Source: Octopus bimaculoides (taxonomy: Eukaryota). Taken from it: a DNA stretch of 57,212 nucleotides. The DNA is taken from positions 142,431,433 to 142,488,644 of the forward strand of contig NC_068984.1 of NCBI RefSeq assembly GCF_001194135.2, written 5' to 3'. The notes under the pieces were generated by a model. The model saw only the letters and a list, made by a program, of their open reading frames with translations, searched no databases and was not told where the DNA came from. A program made the position numbers and the translations under genes. Positions 27,042 to 38,825 of the stretch are shown in pieces (position 1 is the stretch's first letter; each line of letters opens with the position of its first letter).

Positions 27042-27345
27042 GGACTCCGTCGGTTACGACGAGTGGTCCAGTTGACCCGATCAACGGAACAACCTGCTCT
27101 TCAATATTAACAAGCGAATGGCCCGGCACTCCACAGACACACCGTACCCTTTATGCATTTCTCAGGGAACTGAACTTCACACAGATATGACAAAAGTGGC
27201 CCTTTAAATACAGGTCATTTTTGGCAGCTGAGTGGAGAGGAGAAATGTAAAGCGGAGTGTTTTGATCGGCAACACAAGGCACCACCGGGTATGGTGCTCC
27301 CGACCGTACGCTCGTGAGCCGAATATCCAAACCGGATAACCCAAG
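27042..27345 (-). mobile_element. SINE, head X (CORE-like) + tail Q, diverged
   Basis: Tail Q (ccgtcggttacgac...gttgacccgatcaacggaac) joined to the CORE-like tcatttttggcagctgagtgga segment. Confidence 0.8.
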
Positions 27346-27373
27346 GGTTTTCATGACTGGGCTCTACCTAACT

Positions 27374-27739
27374 CTGGAGGCGCAATGGCCCAGTAATTAG
27401 GGCAGCGGACTCGCGGTCATAGAATCGCAGTTTCGATTCCCAGACCGGGCGTTGTGAGTGTTTATTGAGCGAAAACACCTAAAGCTCCACGAGGCTACGG
27501 CAGGGGATGGTAGCGAACCCTGCTGTACTCTTTCACCACAACTTTTTCTCACTCTTTCTTCCTGTTTCTGTTGTACCTGTAATTCAAGGGACCAGCCTTA
27601 TCACACTGTGTCACGCTGAATATCCCCAAGAACTACGTTAACGGTACACATGTCTGTGGAGTGCTCAGCCGCTTGCACGTTAATTTCACGAGCAGGCTGT
27701 TCGTTGATCGGATCGACTGGAACCCTCGAGTGCCAACAA
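27374..27739 (+). mobile_element. SINE, head Y + tail Q, full length
   Basis: ggaggcgcaatggcccagtaattagggcagcggactcgcggtc, B-box gtttcgattccc. Perfect 12-bp TSD ctctacctaact at 27362-27373 and 27740-27751. Confidence 0.95.
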
Positions 27740-28142
27740 CTCTACCTAACTATAAACATGTGAAGTATTGAACAGTAAACTAGTTTTCTGTTGGTTTTCT
27801 ACCAATGTTTTCTTGCCACAACTGCTTTACTGTCATTGTGAATATTTTTCATTGGTGACTTTTTAGAGAAAACAATAAGAAAAAAAAAAAATCTACTTTC
27901 TGGAAGATAGAAATTAAAGTGTGGATCTATACGCAGAAAATAATTTAAAAAAAAACCTCTCCTAAATCAACTGCAAACACTTCATTAAAATTAGCGAAAC
28001 TTAATTAACTTTGTTTAATTATTGATTTGTCTTAATGAAACAAAACTAAATGTTTAGAGTGAAGGGTTACAGGTGATCTAATGAACAGTCAATATTGTAT
28101 ATAACTGTCTCTTTGCCTTTCTTGTTGTTTTTCCTTCTATTC

Positions 28143-28300
28143 AGGCTTACGCGTGGCTGTGTGGTGGAAAAATTGCTTCCAAACCTCATGGTCCCGGGTT
28201 CAGTCCCACTGTGTGGCACCTTGGCACGTGTCTATATCTTCAGGCTCACCAATGCCGTGTGAGTGGATTTGGTAGACGGAAACTGAAAGAAGTCCGCTGT
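28143..28300 (+). mobile_element. SINE family A, 5' half, followed by (TG)n
   Basis: gtggctgtgtgg, gggttcagtccc, gagtggatttggtagacggaaactgaaagaag. Confidence 0.85.
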
Positions 28301-28360
28301 GTGTGTGTGTGTGTGTGTGTGAGTGTGTGTCTGTGAGTGAGTGTGTGTGTTTGTGTATGT

Positions 28361-28405
<45 letters not shown>

Positions 28406-28498
28406 TGTCTGTCTGTGTGTGTGCGTGTCCTCTTTACAGAATTAGGAGCCTACAAAATGTGAAAACGCTTCATTATTTTACTTTCTCGCTATTATTAC

Positions 28499-28878
28499 CT
28501 CCTCCTCCTCCTCCTCCTCCTCTTCTTCTTCTTCTTCTTCTTCTTCTTCTTCTTCTTCTTCTTCTTCTTCTGTGCCCTTTCAAAGCCTAGCCAGGTTCAT
28601 GGGCCCGGTTTCCTGGTTTCTGTGGCGTATGTGTCCCACCCCATCAGCTGGACAGGACGCCAGTCCATCGCAGCGTTACTCAAGAAGCAGGAACAAAGAG
28701 GGAGAGAAAGTTGGGGCGAAAGAGTACAACAGGGGTCACCACCACCCCTTGCCGAAGACTCGTGGATCTTTAAGTGTTTTCGCCCAATAAACACACACAA
28801 CGCCCGGTTTGGGAATCGAAACCGCGATCTTCCGACCACCAGTCCGCTGCCCTAACCATTGGGCCATTGCGCCTCCAC
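28499..28878 (-). mobile_element. SINE, head Y + tail P, with expanded (AAG)n(AGG)n tail
   Basis: Head Y at 28750-28878 and tail P (gtgccctttcaaagcctagccagg) at 28572. 11-bp TSD g(c/t)tattattac at 28488-28498 and 28879-28889. Confidence 0.92.
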
Positions 28879-29084
28879 GTTATTATTACTACGAGACAGA
28901 AATTGGCGAGCTGTCAGAATCGGTAAGTCATCAGAGAAAATAATGAGAGAGATTTGTTTGAGCGCCTTACGTCATAAGTTCAAATCTATCCGACGCTAAC
29001 ATTACCTTCCGTCCTTGTCAAGTATCGGCATCGGTGGTAATGACCTGCCACACAGGTCATTATTCCTTTCTGTCGCACAGGTCC

Positions 29085-29210
29085 TCTTATTCCTTTCTGT
29101 CGAAGAACGTAGGCTCGAAACGTTCTATTTTTCCCGACCGTTAAACTACTACACCTCCTTATTGTTCCTACACCTGTCTTCATCTTTCTTTTATATGTAA
29201 ATTTGAACTA
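29085..29210 (+). mobile_element. repeat family F copy ending in (TA)n
   Basis: cctttctgtcgaagaacgtaggctcgaaacgtt...acacctgtcttc...gtaaatttgaac(ta)n is the inverse of 29275-29480. Confidence 0.75.
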
Positions 29211-29235
29211 TATATATATGTATAATATATATGTA

Positions 29236-29274
<39 letters not shown>

Positions 29275-29276
<2 letters not shown>

Positions 29277-29480
29277 GAGAATTTACGAAAAAAAACAACA
29301 ACAGACGAGGACAGGTGGTGTAAACAGCAAAAAGGATGTATTAGTATAACGCTCGGGAATAGAGAAAGTCTTTAACGTTTCGAGCCTACGCTCTTCAACA
29401 GAAAGAAATAAGAAGAAAAACAAGGAGAAAAAAAATATAAATGCAGTCGTCAGCGATCTATCATAGCGATCTATCATGGC
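29275..29480 (-). mobile_element. repeat family F copy (probable non-autonomous Penelope-derived element)
   Basis: gggagaatttacgaaaa...gacgaggacaggtggtgtaaac...gctcggga...cgtttcgagcctacgctcttcaacagaaag; homologous to 32691-32882 and 55410-55640. Confidence 0.85.
29369..29406 (-). ncRNA. hammerhead-ribozyme-like fold, variant core CUGUUGA, GUU site
   Basis: Minus RNA UCUUU-CUGUUGA-A-GAGC(GUAG)GCUC-GAA-ACGU-U-AAAGA: stem I 5 bp, stem II 4 bp, palindromic stem III ACGU. Confidence 0.6.
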
Positions 29481-31770
29481 GAAATATGTATATANNNNNN
29501 NNNNNNNNNNNNNNNNNNNNNNNNNNNNNNNNNNNNNNNNNNNNNNNNNNNNNNNNNNNNNNNNNNNNNNNNNNNNNNNNNNNNNNNNNNNNNNNNNNNN
29601 NNNNNNNNNNNNNNNNNNNNNNNNNNNNNNNNNNNNNNNNNNNNNNNNNNNNNNNNNNNNNNNNNNNNNNNNNNNNNNNNNNNNNNNNNNNNNNNNNNNN
29701 NNNNNNNNNNNNNNNNNNNNNNNNNNNNNNNNNNNNNNNNNNNNNNNNNNNNNNNNNNNNNNNNNNNNNNNNNNNNNNNNNNNNNNNNNNNNNNNNNNNN
29801 NNNNNNNNNNNNNNNNNNNNNNNNNNNNNNNNNNNNNNNNNNNNNNNNNNNNNNNNNNNNNNNNNNNNNNNNNNNNNNNNNNNNNNNNNNNNNNNNNNNN
29901 NNNNNNNNNNNNNNNNNNNNNNNNNNNNNNNNNNNNNNNNNNNNNNNNNNNNNNNNNNNNNNNNNNNNNNNNNNNNNNNNNNNNNNNNNNNNNNNNNNNN
30001 ATATATACATACATATATATACACACACATATATATGCACACATATATTATATATATATACACGCACTCAAATAAACGTATAGGGGAAATAAGGACAAAC
30101 ATCACTCTATATTATTTTTCCTCCCTCTTTGCTCTCCCTTTCTCTCCCCCTCTCTCTTAAGTAGTACACTTCTTGCTTTCTTACTTTCTTCTTCACCATC
30201 TTTCCTCGTTCAGTCTTTCCTCTTTCTTGCTGCTTCCTGCTATTTCATAGTTTTTCACTCACCGTCATTTTTCATTTCCCGATCTTTCCATTTTCTCATC
30301 TACAAATGCTCGATTATAAATATACTTAACCGTTCCTCCAACTTCCTCTCTTTCAAACTACCTCACACTTATTTTCAGTCTGTCTCTCTCTCTCTCTTTC
30401 TCTCTCCTTCTTTTCCCCCTCTCTTCATATCTACTACCGTCTTTCTCTTTCTCTTTTAAATAGCCTCAAGGAAACATACCTTACTGTAGTTCACACAGCC
30501 TCGCACTATTTCCTTCCTGTTTTAGTCTTATTCTCTCTAACAACCCATAAATCTCTCCCTTTCCCCCTTCTACTCTTCCTCCAACTCTCTCTCTCTCTTT
30601 CTTTCTCTCTGTCTCTCTTGCTTTCTGTCCTCTTCACGAAGTGTCATTACTGTCCTCCATTCTCTCCCGTAGAGAGAAGGTAAAAGACGAGAAAAATTAC
30701 AAGCTAGCCACCATGTTTTCTGTGTGACTTAAGTGTTGTGAAATTTCACCGTCTCTAATCTAATGACGGCTAATATATTTTGATGCATTCCAGCCTGTTG
30801 TCTTTGGGCAAAGCTTGATGAACAAAGACAGGTGTCACAGCAGTGTGGCATTTAGGGGAGATTCTTGGCGACAAAATTTGACGTTTATGTCCTGACATAT
30901 TACATCGACTACCAACACATCGACAAACGGTTTCTGCGTGTTCGTGTGCTTTCCAAAGTGTGTCTGCAACTAAATACACATATAACAAACTTATTTTCGT
31001 ACATACATGCATACATACATAGAAACACACACACACACGCACACACATGCATATATATATATATATATATATACATACACAAACACACACACATAGTATA
31101 TATACATGCACGCTCACAAAGACGCACAGGTAGATGTATACATACGTGTTCGTTGAAATTGGAAGAAGAATAAAAATAAAGAGGATATTGGAGACAAGAG
31201 ACACGCTAAGAGCCAAAGAATGATGGGAAGAGACGAGAGGAGGAGGAAGAGGAAGAAGAAGAGTGGGAGAGCAATATAAAGCAAGAAATACATAAATTAG
31301 AGAAAGACTCTTGAAGTGTACATATATATGCATAGATACATACATACACACACAAACACACATATATATATGTGTGTCACACACACACAGATATATGTAT
31401 ATGTGTGTGTGTGTTCCAACTATGTGTAGTTTTGCGTATGCATGTGTATGCATTATTCTATTATAATTCCGTATGTATAGTTATGTGATATATATATATA
31501 CGTGGATGTATGTATACTTATATATACAAACACACATGCATACACACACGTACATACATAAATACACACACACACATATCTCTCTCTCTATATATATATA
31601 TATACATACAAAAAATTCATACATACACGCTCGTACATACATAAATACACACCCATATATATATATATATATATATATANNNNNNNNNNNNNNNNNNNNN
31701 NNNNNNNNNNNNNNNNNNNNNNNNATATATATACACATACATACATACACACACGCGTGCATGTGAGTAC

Positions 31771-31806
<36 letters not shown>

Positions 31807-32228
31807 GCGCAATGTGTGCGTGCGGTGGAAGAGGGGGAAAAAGAGAGTCGGTAGGTAAAGCAGTTTACAATCACTCTAGGTTAATGTGTAAAGTGATTTC
31901 GATGTAAAACGTCCTCGGCTGACTGTGAGGAATTGTTGCCAAACGAAGACGAAGGAGGTCAAATCAGAACAACTGACCGCATGACCGCAACAAAGACGTA
32001 CAGAGAGGCGGAGGAGAACATAAAGAAAAAGAAAGCCTAGGAAGGAGGAGAAGGATGCGGAAGGTGAAGGGGAGGCGCTGGTGGAGGGACAAGGAATGGT
32101 GCAAGTTGGTGATAGCGGCGGTGGGGAAGGAAGCAGTTTAAGATAATCCTACTGATTTAATTAATTCCTTGACCATTCCAAGAGATATTTACGTTCGGAA
32201 GAGGCATGGAAAAAGGCGGGGCCATATG

Positions 32229-32260
<32 letters not shown>

Positions 32261-32293
32261 TGTATGTATGTATGTATGTATGTATGTATGTAG

Positions 32294-32324
<31 letters not shown>

Positions 32325-32690
32325 GATATGTATGTATGTGGGTATGTATTTCTGTATGTATGTGTATAGGTATGTATGCATATATGTATATATATGTATG
32401 TATATATGTATGTATATGTATACATGTACGTATACTCTTTTTTTTTTTACTCTTTTTTTTTACTCTTTTTACTTGTTTCAGTCTTTTGACTGCGGCCATG
32501 CTGGAGCACCGCCTTTAGTCGAGAAAATCGACCCCGGGACTTATTCTTTGTAAGCCTAGTACTTATTCTATCCGTCTCTTTAGCCGAACCGCTAAGTTAC
32601 GGGGACGTAAACCCACCAGCATCGGTTGTCAAGCGATGGTGGGGGACAAACACAGACACACAAACACACATACATATATATATATATATA

Positions 32691-32882
32691 TGGGAGAATA
32701 TACGAAAAAACAACAACAGACGAGGACAGGTGGTGTAAATAACAAAAGGATGTATTAGTATGACGCTCGGGAATACGGAAAGTCTTTGACGTTTCGAGTT
32801 ACGCTCTTCAACAGAAAGAATACGGAGACAAGGAGAAAAACACGGAGAAAAAAATTGAATAGTGTCCAGTCAACGGTCAATC
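32691..32882 (-). mobile_element. repeat family F copy nested in SINE A
   Basis: Starts (ta)n-tgggagaatatacgaaaa, the same boundary as the 29275 copy. Confidence 0.88.
32783..32819 (-). ncRNA. hammerhead-ribozyme-like fold, variant core CUGUUGA, GUC site
   Basis: Minus RNA UCUUU-CUGUUGA-A-GAG(CGUAA)CUC-GAA-ACGU-C-AAAGA. Confidence 0.6.
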
Positions 32883-33214
32883 ATATACATATATACGACG
32901 GGCTTCTTTCAGTTTCCGTCTACCAAATCCACTCACAAGGCTTTGGTCGGCCCGAGGCTATAGTAGAAGACACTTGCCCAAAGTGCCACGCAGTGGGACT
33001 GAACCCGGAACCATGTGGTTGGTAAGCAAGCTACTTTCCACACAGCCATGTATGAAAGTATGTATGTAGGTATCTAGGTATGTATGTAGGTATGGAGGTA
33101 TATATGTTTGTATATATGTATATATATATGTTTATATATGTGTGTATATATATATGCGTGTATATGTATGTGTGTGTGATTGCGTTTGTGCGTATGTTAT
33201 CCTTTATCTGTTAT

Positions 33215-33560
33215 TTGCTTGTCATTAGACCGCGGCCATGCTGGGGCAGCGCCTAGAACAATTTCTAGTTGAGTGAATCGACCCCTTTACAGTAATCCTT
33301 CGACCATCGTGCATGTTACGTTCCAAAACCTCCCACAGAAATAATTTAAATCTAAAAAAATATCAATACCTATCGGCCGCAGAAACCCGCGATATATTGA
33401 GGAGTCCATGATATAAATTTACATATATTAGCCAGAAAAATCCGCGATGTATTGAGTGCGTGACAGGTGAACCGCGATATTGCGAGGGATTATTGAACTT
33501 ATTTTTTCTAAGCTTCATACATATTCTATATGTTATTTTTGTCGAACCGCTTTGTTATGG
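33215..33560 (-). mobile_element. SINE family A-related 3' half, interrupted by a MITE
   Basis: gaccgcggccatgctggggca...gaatcgacccc [MITE] acttatttttt...tgtcgaaccgct. Confidence 0.7.
33290..33495. mobile_element. pogo/Tigger-type MITE
   Basis: Left end ta|cagtaatccttcgaccatcgtg matches the reverse complement of the right end (caataatccctcgcaatatcgcg); TA at the left flank. Confidence 0.7.
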
Positions 33561-33884
33561 TAATATTAATTCATCTTAGGACTTTTAAAAGTATCAACCA
33601 AGAACGGTGCATTGACAGAAATGTGAGTAGGTCGAACTGAACTCCATTCCGACTCATTGCGTTCCAACTCTGCGTTTTGAGTTGGAATTACATTATCGAA
33701 TCCTTGGCTGCTGGACGTAACCCGTGTCCCAGCTAACGTCGCGTGGCACATTCGGTGCTTCCAACGGATTCCATTCATTTACAAGGATTCCGTCTCGGTT
33801 TCCAGTTTGAGGTCATCGTCTTCACTCCATACCACAAATCGTGCACTCGCTGTAATGCCTCTCATAGACGCTAACTTCTTCCCT

Positions 33885-34120
33885 CACTATTATTAGGTTG
33901 TTCGTCGTTGTCGACGATGATCAAAGAGATAGCATGGTGTATTCGGCTGTGGTGATTGAGTCCGATGCGAAGCCGTAAGGCTCCGCGGAATTTTCGGCAC
34001 TGGTTTGGGCAAGTCGGTATGGTGAAAGAGTCGTGGGCAGAACTCGCACGGGATGGTCAGTGCAGGTCGAAGATGTTGAAAACGCTCCTTTCTTCTTCTG
34101 CCGTTTGCTTCCTCGTTCTC
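33885..34120 (-). mobile_element. 3' end of an RTE-type LINE (C-terminal zinc finger and 3' UTR)
   Basis: FTIPTCPNQCRKF...RLRIGLNHHSRIH resembles the RTE terminal C..C.R...SRIGL.SH.R.H motif; it is followed by atcatcgtcgacaacgacgaacaacc and a short (TAA) tail. Confidence 0.6.
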
Positions 34121-34129
34121 TTGTCAGTT

Positions 34130-34500
34130 CTGCTATGATAGGGAATTGCAAGATCTATGATTGTGAACTTTCTGATTATTCTGCTCTCAATAACCATATC
34201 TGATCTTCTTCATTCAGGAGTCTGATAAGTGATTATGGTGAAGAACCACGAGATCCTGTAATTCTCCTTCTCTTTCACAGCCTCTGGATCGTGTTCATAC
34301 CACTTTTCTCCAATTTTGAGGCCACACACTCGGCTAACAACTCCATTCATATTTTTGCCAACACAGTCATGCCGGCAATTATACTCCTTTTCTGCTAGTG
34401 TACTGCACTCACTCCAAAGGTGATTGGTACCTTCGCTTCCGTTGCTGCTGAATCTACATTTACTGTCTGACAGTGATTTGTCGATCATTGAATTTCTGTA
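34130..34500 (-). mobile_element. R4/Dong-clade LINE fragment (zinc knuckle and RLE endonuclease region)
   Basis: CRF...EGTNHLWSECSTLAEKEYNCRHDCVG...CGLKIGEKWYEHDPEAVKEKENYRISWFF...RSDMVI...TIIDLAIP. Confidence 0.88.
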
Positions 34501-34547
34501 ATTTTGAAGCCATACACTCGGCTAACAACCCAGTGAACTCTTTTGCT

Positions 34548-34740
34548 TACACAGCGTGACACAGAATGTGACAAGGCCGAAGTGCAGATACTCGTACTAC
34601 CCATTTTGCCAGGTGAGTGAACTGGAGCAACGCGAAATAAAGTGTTTTGCTCACAAATACAATGCGCCGCCGTAAATCGAACTCCCGAAGTTACTAACGT
34701 GAACCTAACACTCTAACCACTAAGCCATTTGCCCTTCACC
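34548..34740 (-). mobile_element. SINE, head X (CORE-like) + partial tail Q
   Basis: cagcgtgacacagaatgtgacaaggc joined to cattttgccaggtgagtgaactggagcaacgcgaaataaagtg...ctaaccactaagcca. Confidence 0.8.
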
Positions 34741-35439
34741 ACACGCATACGTATATACACACTCATAAAAAACTATACACAATATCCTGACATGAACATA
34801 CACCTGTAAAAGCATAATAATAAAATATCATACTGTGACGTATACAGGCATTGACTGTATGTTATATATACATATACATTCAGAGGCGTACGTAGCGAGA
34901 AGATAGCGAGAAGATCCATTCATAGATACGGATACACAAACACATGCAGCTAGAGACAAGTGCACACAGCTATGGTGGGAAATATACACACGTTATCACA
35001 GGTATCTTCGAATGTGTATAAAACATACACAAACACATACACACACATAAACACACTCACACACATAAAACACACACATACTTATATACACAAACACCAA
35101 AACATACACATACACACACACGATTCGTAGCTGCATAAAGTGTTTCTCTGTCCACATCTGAGCACGCAATACACAATTAGAGATATACACTGGGGTACAC
35201 ACACACAGCTGTGTTAACACAGAGAAAATGTTAGATAGACACGCAGAACTAGTCACACAAATCCATAGAAAAATACACCCAATCATCCACGGCTGCACAC
35301 AAGTATACACACACACACATGCACGCAAACACTCAGAGCGTTCACATAGTCACAAACACACACGCAATGCGTGCTTTTGCGGGCATTTGTTCACACATGC
35401 GTTCCCACATTAACACCTGGAACACAACACACTCACAAT

Positions 35440-35440
35440 T

Positions 35441-35535
<95 letters not shown>

Positions 35536-35545
35536 GACACACACA
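35440..35545. repeat. (CA)n microsatellite
   Basis: Direct reading. Confidence 0.95.
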
Positions 35546-36201
35546 CAAACAGGCCTGCACAGTCATATAAACAAAAAATACACACATACACATATAGATA
35601 TGGCTGCCCACATATTAACATTCGTCATCGCATTCACAAAGATAACTTGACACAAACGCACGCATACAGACATACGCACATAATTTACACAGACAAGAAT
35701 CGGTGGTCTTACACAAACACGCATATATATACACTCTCACGTTAACACAAAAATATTCACACAAAGGTACAGATAAACACAGACGCCCACATATTCACAC
35801 ACCTTACGCTATCACATCAAAACAAAACGAACAAACAATACTCGCAAGATATCATGATGATTGGCCGACATTTTGTTTTTCACCATCTCGCTTTTCCGCC
35901 ATCATTTCTCTAGAGTCAAACGAATTTGTTCTCCGCAATTTTCCCCCTAATCTCAAAGGGAATGGTTTGGGGTTTTCTACAAGTTTGATTCAATTGGCAA
36001 ATTTGATAAGATCGCTAATTTTCCGGATGCACGTGGTTGCACAACGGTCTTTAACTGCCGCTTCCGTATCTGTCAAGTGCAGCTGCATACGTCTCAAAAG
36101 ATGGCTGGTTGCAGGCGTTACTCTACTCTCAGGAAAATTAGGAAAGATGTAATAATAAATATGAGAGCAATATATAAGAAACAAACATAGAGAGATATAT
36201 A

Positions 36202-36254
<53 letters not shown>

Positions 36255-36650
36255 GAGAGATAGAGAGAGAGAGAAATAGAAAGATAGTAAGATAGGTACC
36301 AGAAGTACTGACATGTGGTGGTGAAGAGGAGAGGCAAATAAACATGTTAGATACATACATACATACATGCATACATAGATACATATATGCAAACATACAT
36401 ACACACACGCGCATACATACATACTTACATATATGTATACGTACACTCATGCATGCATACATACATAGAGAAAAAACAGGCAGACAGAGAGGAAGAGAGA
36501 GTGAGAAAGAGAGAGAGAGAGAGAGAGCGGGGAGAGAGTGAATGCCAGTTAGGTATAAAAAGATTGAAATATAAGTAAATATATACAAACTAAAAGAAAG
36601 GTGTGTAAGACATATTGAGACTTGAAAAAGAAAACACGTCCTATAGACAT

Positions 36651-36685
<35 letters not shown>

Positions 36686-36962
36686 TGTGTTTGTGTGTGT
36701 TTGCGTGCAAAATGAGAGAGAAGGTGAAAGAGATAGACAAGTAGATAGATGACGATATACAGATAAACATTCGCTTATACCCACATACATATATACATAC
36801 ATACATATATGCATACATACATATATACATACATACATGCATATATACATACATACACAAACGCGATTACAAAGGGAACTAAACGAGATTTGGTTACATA
36901 CAAATAAATATAGACGGAAGCTACACTAAGTGAAAAAGTGGAAGCGTTACGAAGGGGATGAT

Positions 36963-37003
<41 letters not shown>

Positions 37004-37082
37004 GCGCGCGCGTTTGTGTATACAAAATTATATACTGACATATATATATATATGTTATATATAAACACACTTACACACACGG

Positions 37083-37117
<35 letters not shown>

Positions 37118-37937
37118 CAGACGCACACACACATATATTGTATGTTCTGCTTATTGGCATACTCTCAAGGAGACAGAATACAGGCAAACTTACACAAACA
37201 GCTTTTTTTTCTTTTTCGTGAACCTGAAAAACGTAAATTGCGTCTCCGTGTTTCAACTTTTACCCATATGAAATAAACGTCATTGATTATGAGGTGCAAG
37301 TCAACAATAACAGAAAAAAAAAAGACATTTTCATTGGGTTTGAACATGTCACAGCATGCCACAAGACAGTCTGACATAATGTCGCTAGGCACGTTCAATT
37401 TTTTCATGAAAAATATTCCGATTTAGCATTACACATTATTGATTTGGGAACACGCGCTAATAAATGAAATATCTGGATTTATGGAGGAGATGAAGGGCAG
37501 GTAACAAATATTATGATACAAGGCCGTCTGACAATCAATAAATAGTTATTATATAATATTTCAGCAAATATGTTGGTTATATTGCACCAAAAATGTTAGC
37601 TGTTAAGGATATTTGAATACAAGGTTCTTACACAGTAATATATTTATTTTACAGTCAGGAAATAATAAGAAAAAGTGTATATTCATTGTTAACCTGACTA
37701 TAATAGAATGAATTGAATTTTCTAAATTAGTGGATGGTTTCTAATAGAATTTTGTCGTAAAAGCAGGGTGTACTCTTTGGTACTCTCTGTGTGAATATAT
37801 CTTACTCTATTACACGACATGAGTATATTTCTTGATGTCTAAATTTTAAGATAACGTGGTTGGTTCGAAGTGAAGTTTGACCGAAACACTGGGAATACTT
37901 TTGCAGAATAATGTGTTGGTTTTTCCAGACATAAACT

Positions 37938-38002
37938 GTTTCGAATCGAACTCGGAATCTTGGGGTTAGTAGCCCGCGCTCCTAACCACTACGCCATATG
38001 CC
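37938..38002 (-). mobile_element. tRNA-derived SINE head (different family)
   Basis: Minus ggcatatggcgtagtggttaggagcgcgggctactaaccccaagattccgagttcgattcg has A and B boxes but no acceptor-stem 3' end. Confidence 0.65.
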
Positions 38003-38020
38003 CAGAAGGTGTGCAAAGTC

Positions 38021-38069
<49 letters not shown>

Positions 38070-38092
38070 TTAATAATAATAATAATGATAAT
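38021..38092. repeat. (AAT)n microsatellite
   Basis: Direct reading. Confidence 0.95.
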
Positions 38093-38094
38093 GC

Positions 38095-38400
38095 CACAAA
38101 AAATGCCAAAAAATGTCACAGAACCGATGTTATTAGAAGTACGGTCAGGCTTGTGTAGGATGAAAGATTGCAAAGATAAAGCTCTATGCAAGAAATTAAA
38201 CACGAATGAAACTGAAAATAGGTGGGTAAAGAAAAGAATGCATGGTCAATTTCATAGGGATGCTGAAGATAAGACAGACAGACAAAAAAGATGACTGTAG
38301 ATGACTAAAAGTGATTTAAAATCGGAAACGGAGGCTCTAATCTAAAAGTGATTTAAAACCCGAAACGGAGGCTTCTTTGGGCTGCTCCCAGACAGAAACT
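38095..38400 (+). mobile_element. R4/Dong-clade LINE fragment (region upstream of the zinc knuckle)
   Basis: NRWVKKRMHGQFHRDAEDKTD..KR*L*MTKSDLKSETEALI matches W..K.MHGQF.R...D....W.WL..GDLK.ETEALI. The segment aaaagtgatttaaaa..cgaaacggaggct is tandemly duplicated. Confidence 0.82.
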
Positions 38401-38429
38401 CGTCCTAAACTTAGGAAAAACGTGAAAGA

Positions 38430-38825
38430 CAGTTAACCCTAAAAGATAACATTTTCCCATTGAACCATTGACCACATCTGATTTTAATAGCTTCCCAGAA
38501 AGAAGAAGTTTTGATATGACAGTTCTCTTATGCTATCCAGCACTATGGAACACCCAACGAACGGTTCTGTTTGAGACTAGGTCTCTGAGGTGATGGTTTA
38601 ACTTTCCAATCATTTAGTTCTATGATTTTTGGAATGCTTTATGGTCTCTTTCTGAGAGTACTGAATTCCGACCAGACTTACGCTTTTCAGAGCTCATTTT
38701 ATCTTCTTTTTGAAATGTTGTCATGATTCTAAACAGAGTACCTTTAGAAATATGGAATAGTTCTACAGTTTTAATAACTGAGGTTCCAGTAATCTCAGCA
38801 CCAACAATTGAACGTCCGTAATGTC
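38430..38825 (-). pseudogene. Tc1/mariner transposase N-terminal fragment
   Basis: GRSIVGAEITGTSVIKTVELFHISKGTLFRIM / KRKSGRNSVLSERD / LNHHLRDLVSNRTVRWVFHSAG / QW.NVIF, with frameshifts; typical Tc1 paired-like HTH region. Confidence 0.8.

Larger units (their letters stand above)
32440..33050 (-). mobile_element. SINE family A, full length, with a family F element nested in its internal (TA)n spacer
   Basis: 3' half at 32440-32690 and 5' half at 32883-33050 are contiguous once 32691-32882 is removed. Confidence 0.92.

Noticed and set aside
30770-30990. Minus-strand frame TLWKAHEHAETVCRCVGSRC... as an exon
   Set aside because: No recognisable protein family and no matching neighbouring exons.
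33566-33880. WSEDDDLKL...RW as a Myb/SANT repeat; ESEWS as a fibronectin-III end
   Set aside because: Only short motif resemblance, with an in-frame stop and wrong spacing.
35860-36150. Unique, moderately GC-rich block with open frames on both strands as a coding exon
   Set aside because: No recognisable domain, and candidate splice acceptors lead to stops; it may be regulatory, but this is unsupported.
37938-38002. tRNA gene
   Set aside because: A and B boxes are present but there is no closing acceptor stem; it behaves as a SINE head. The same applies to the other tRNA-like heads.
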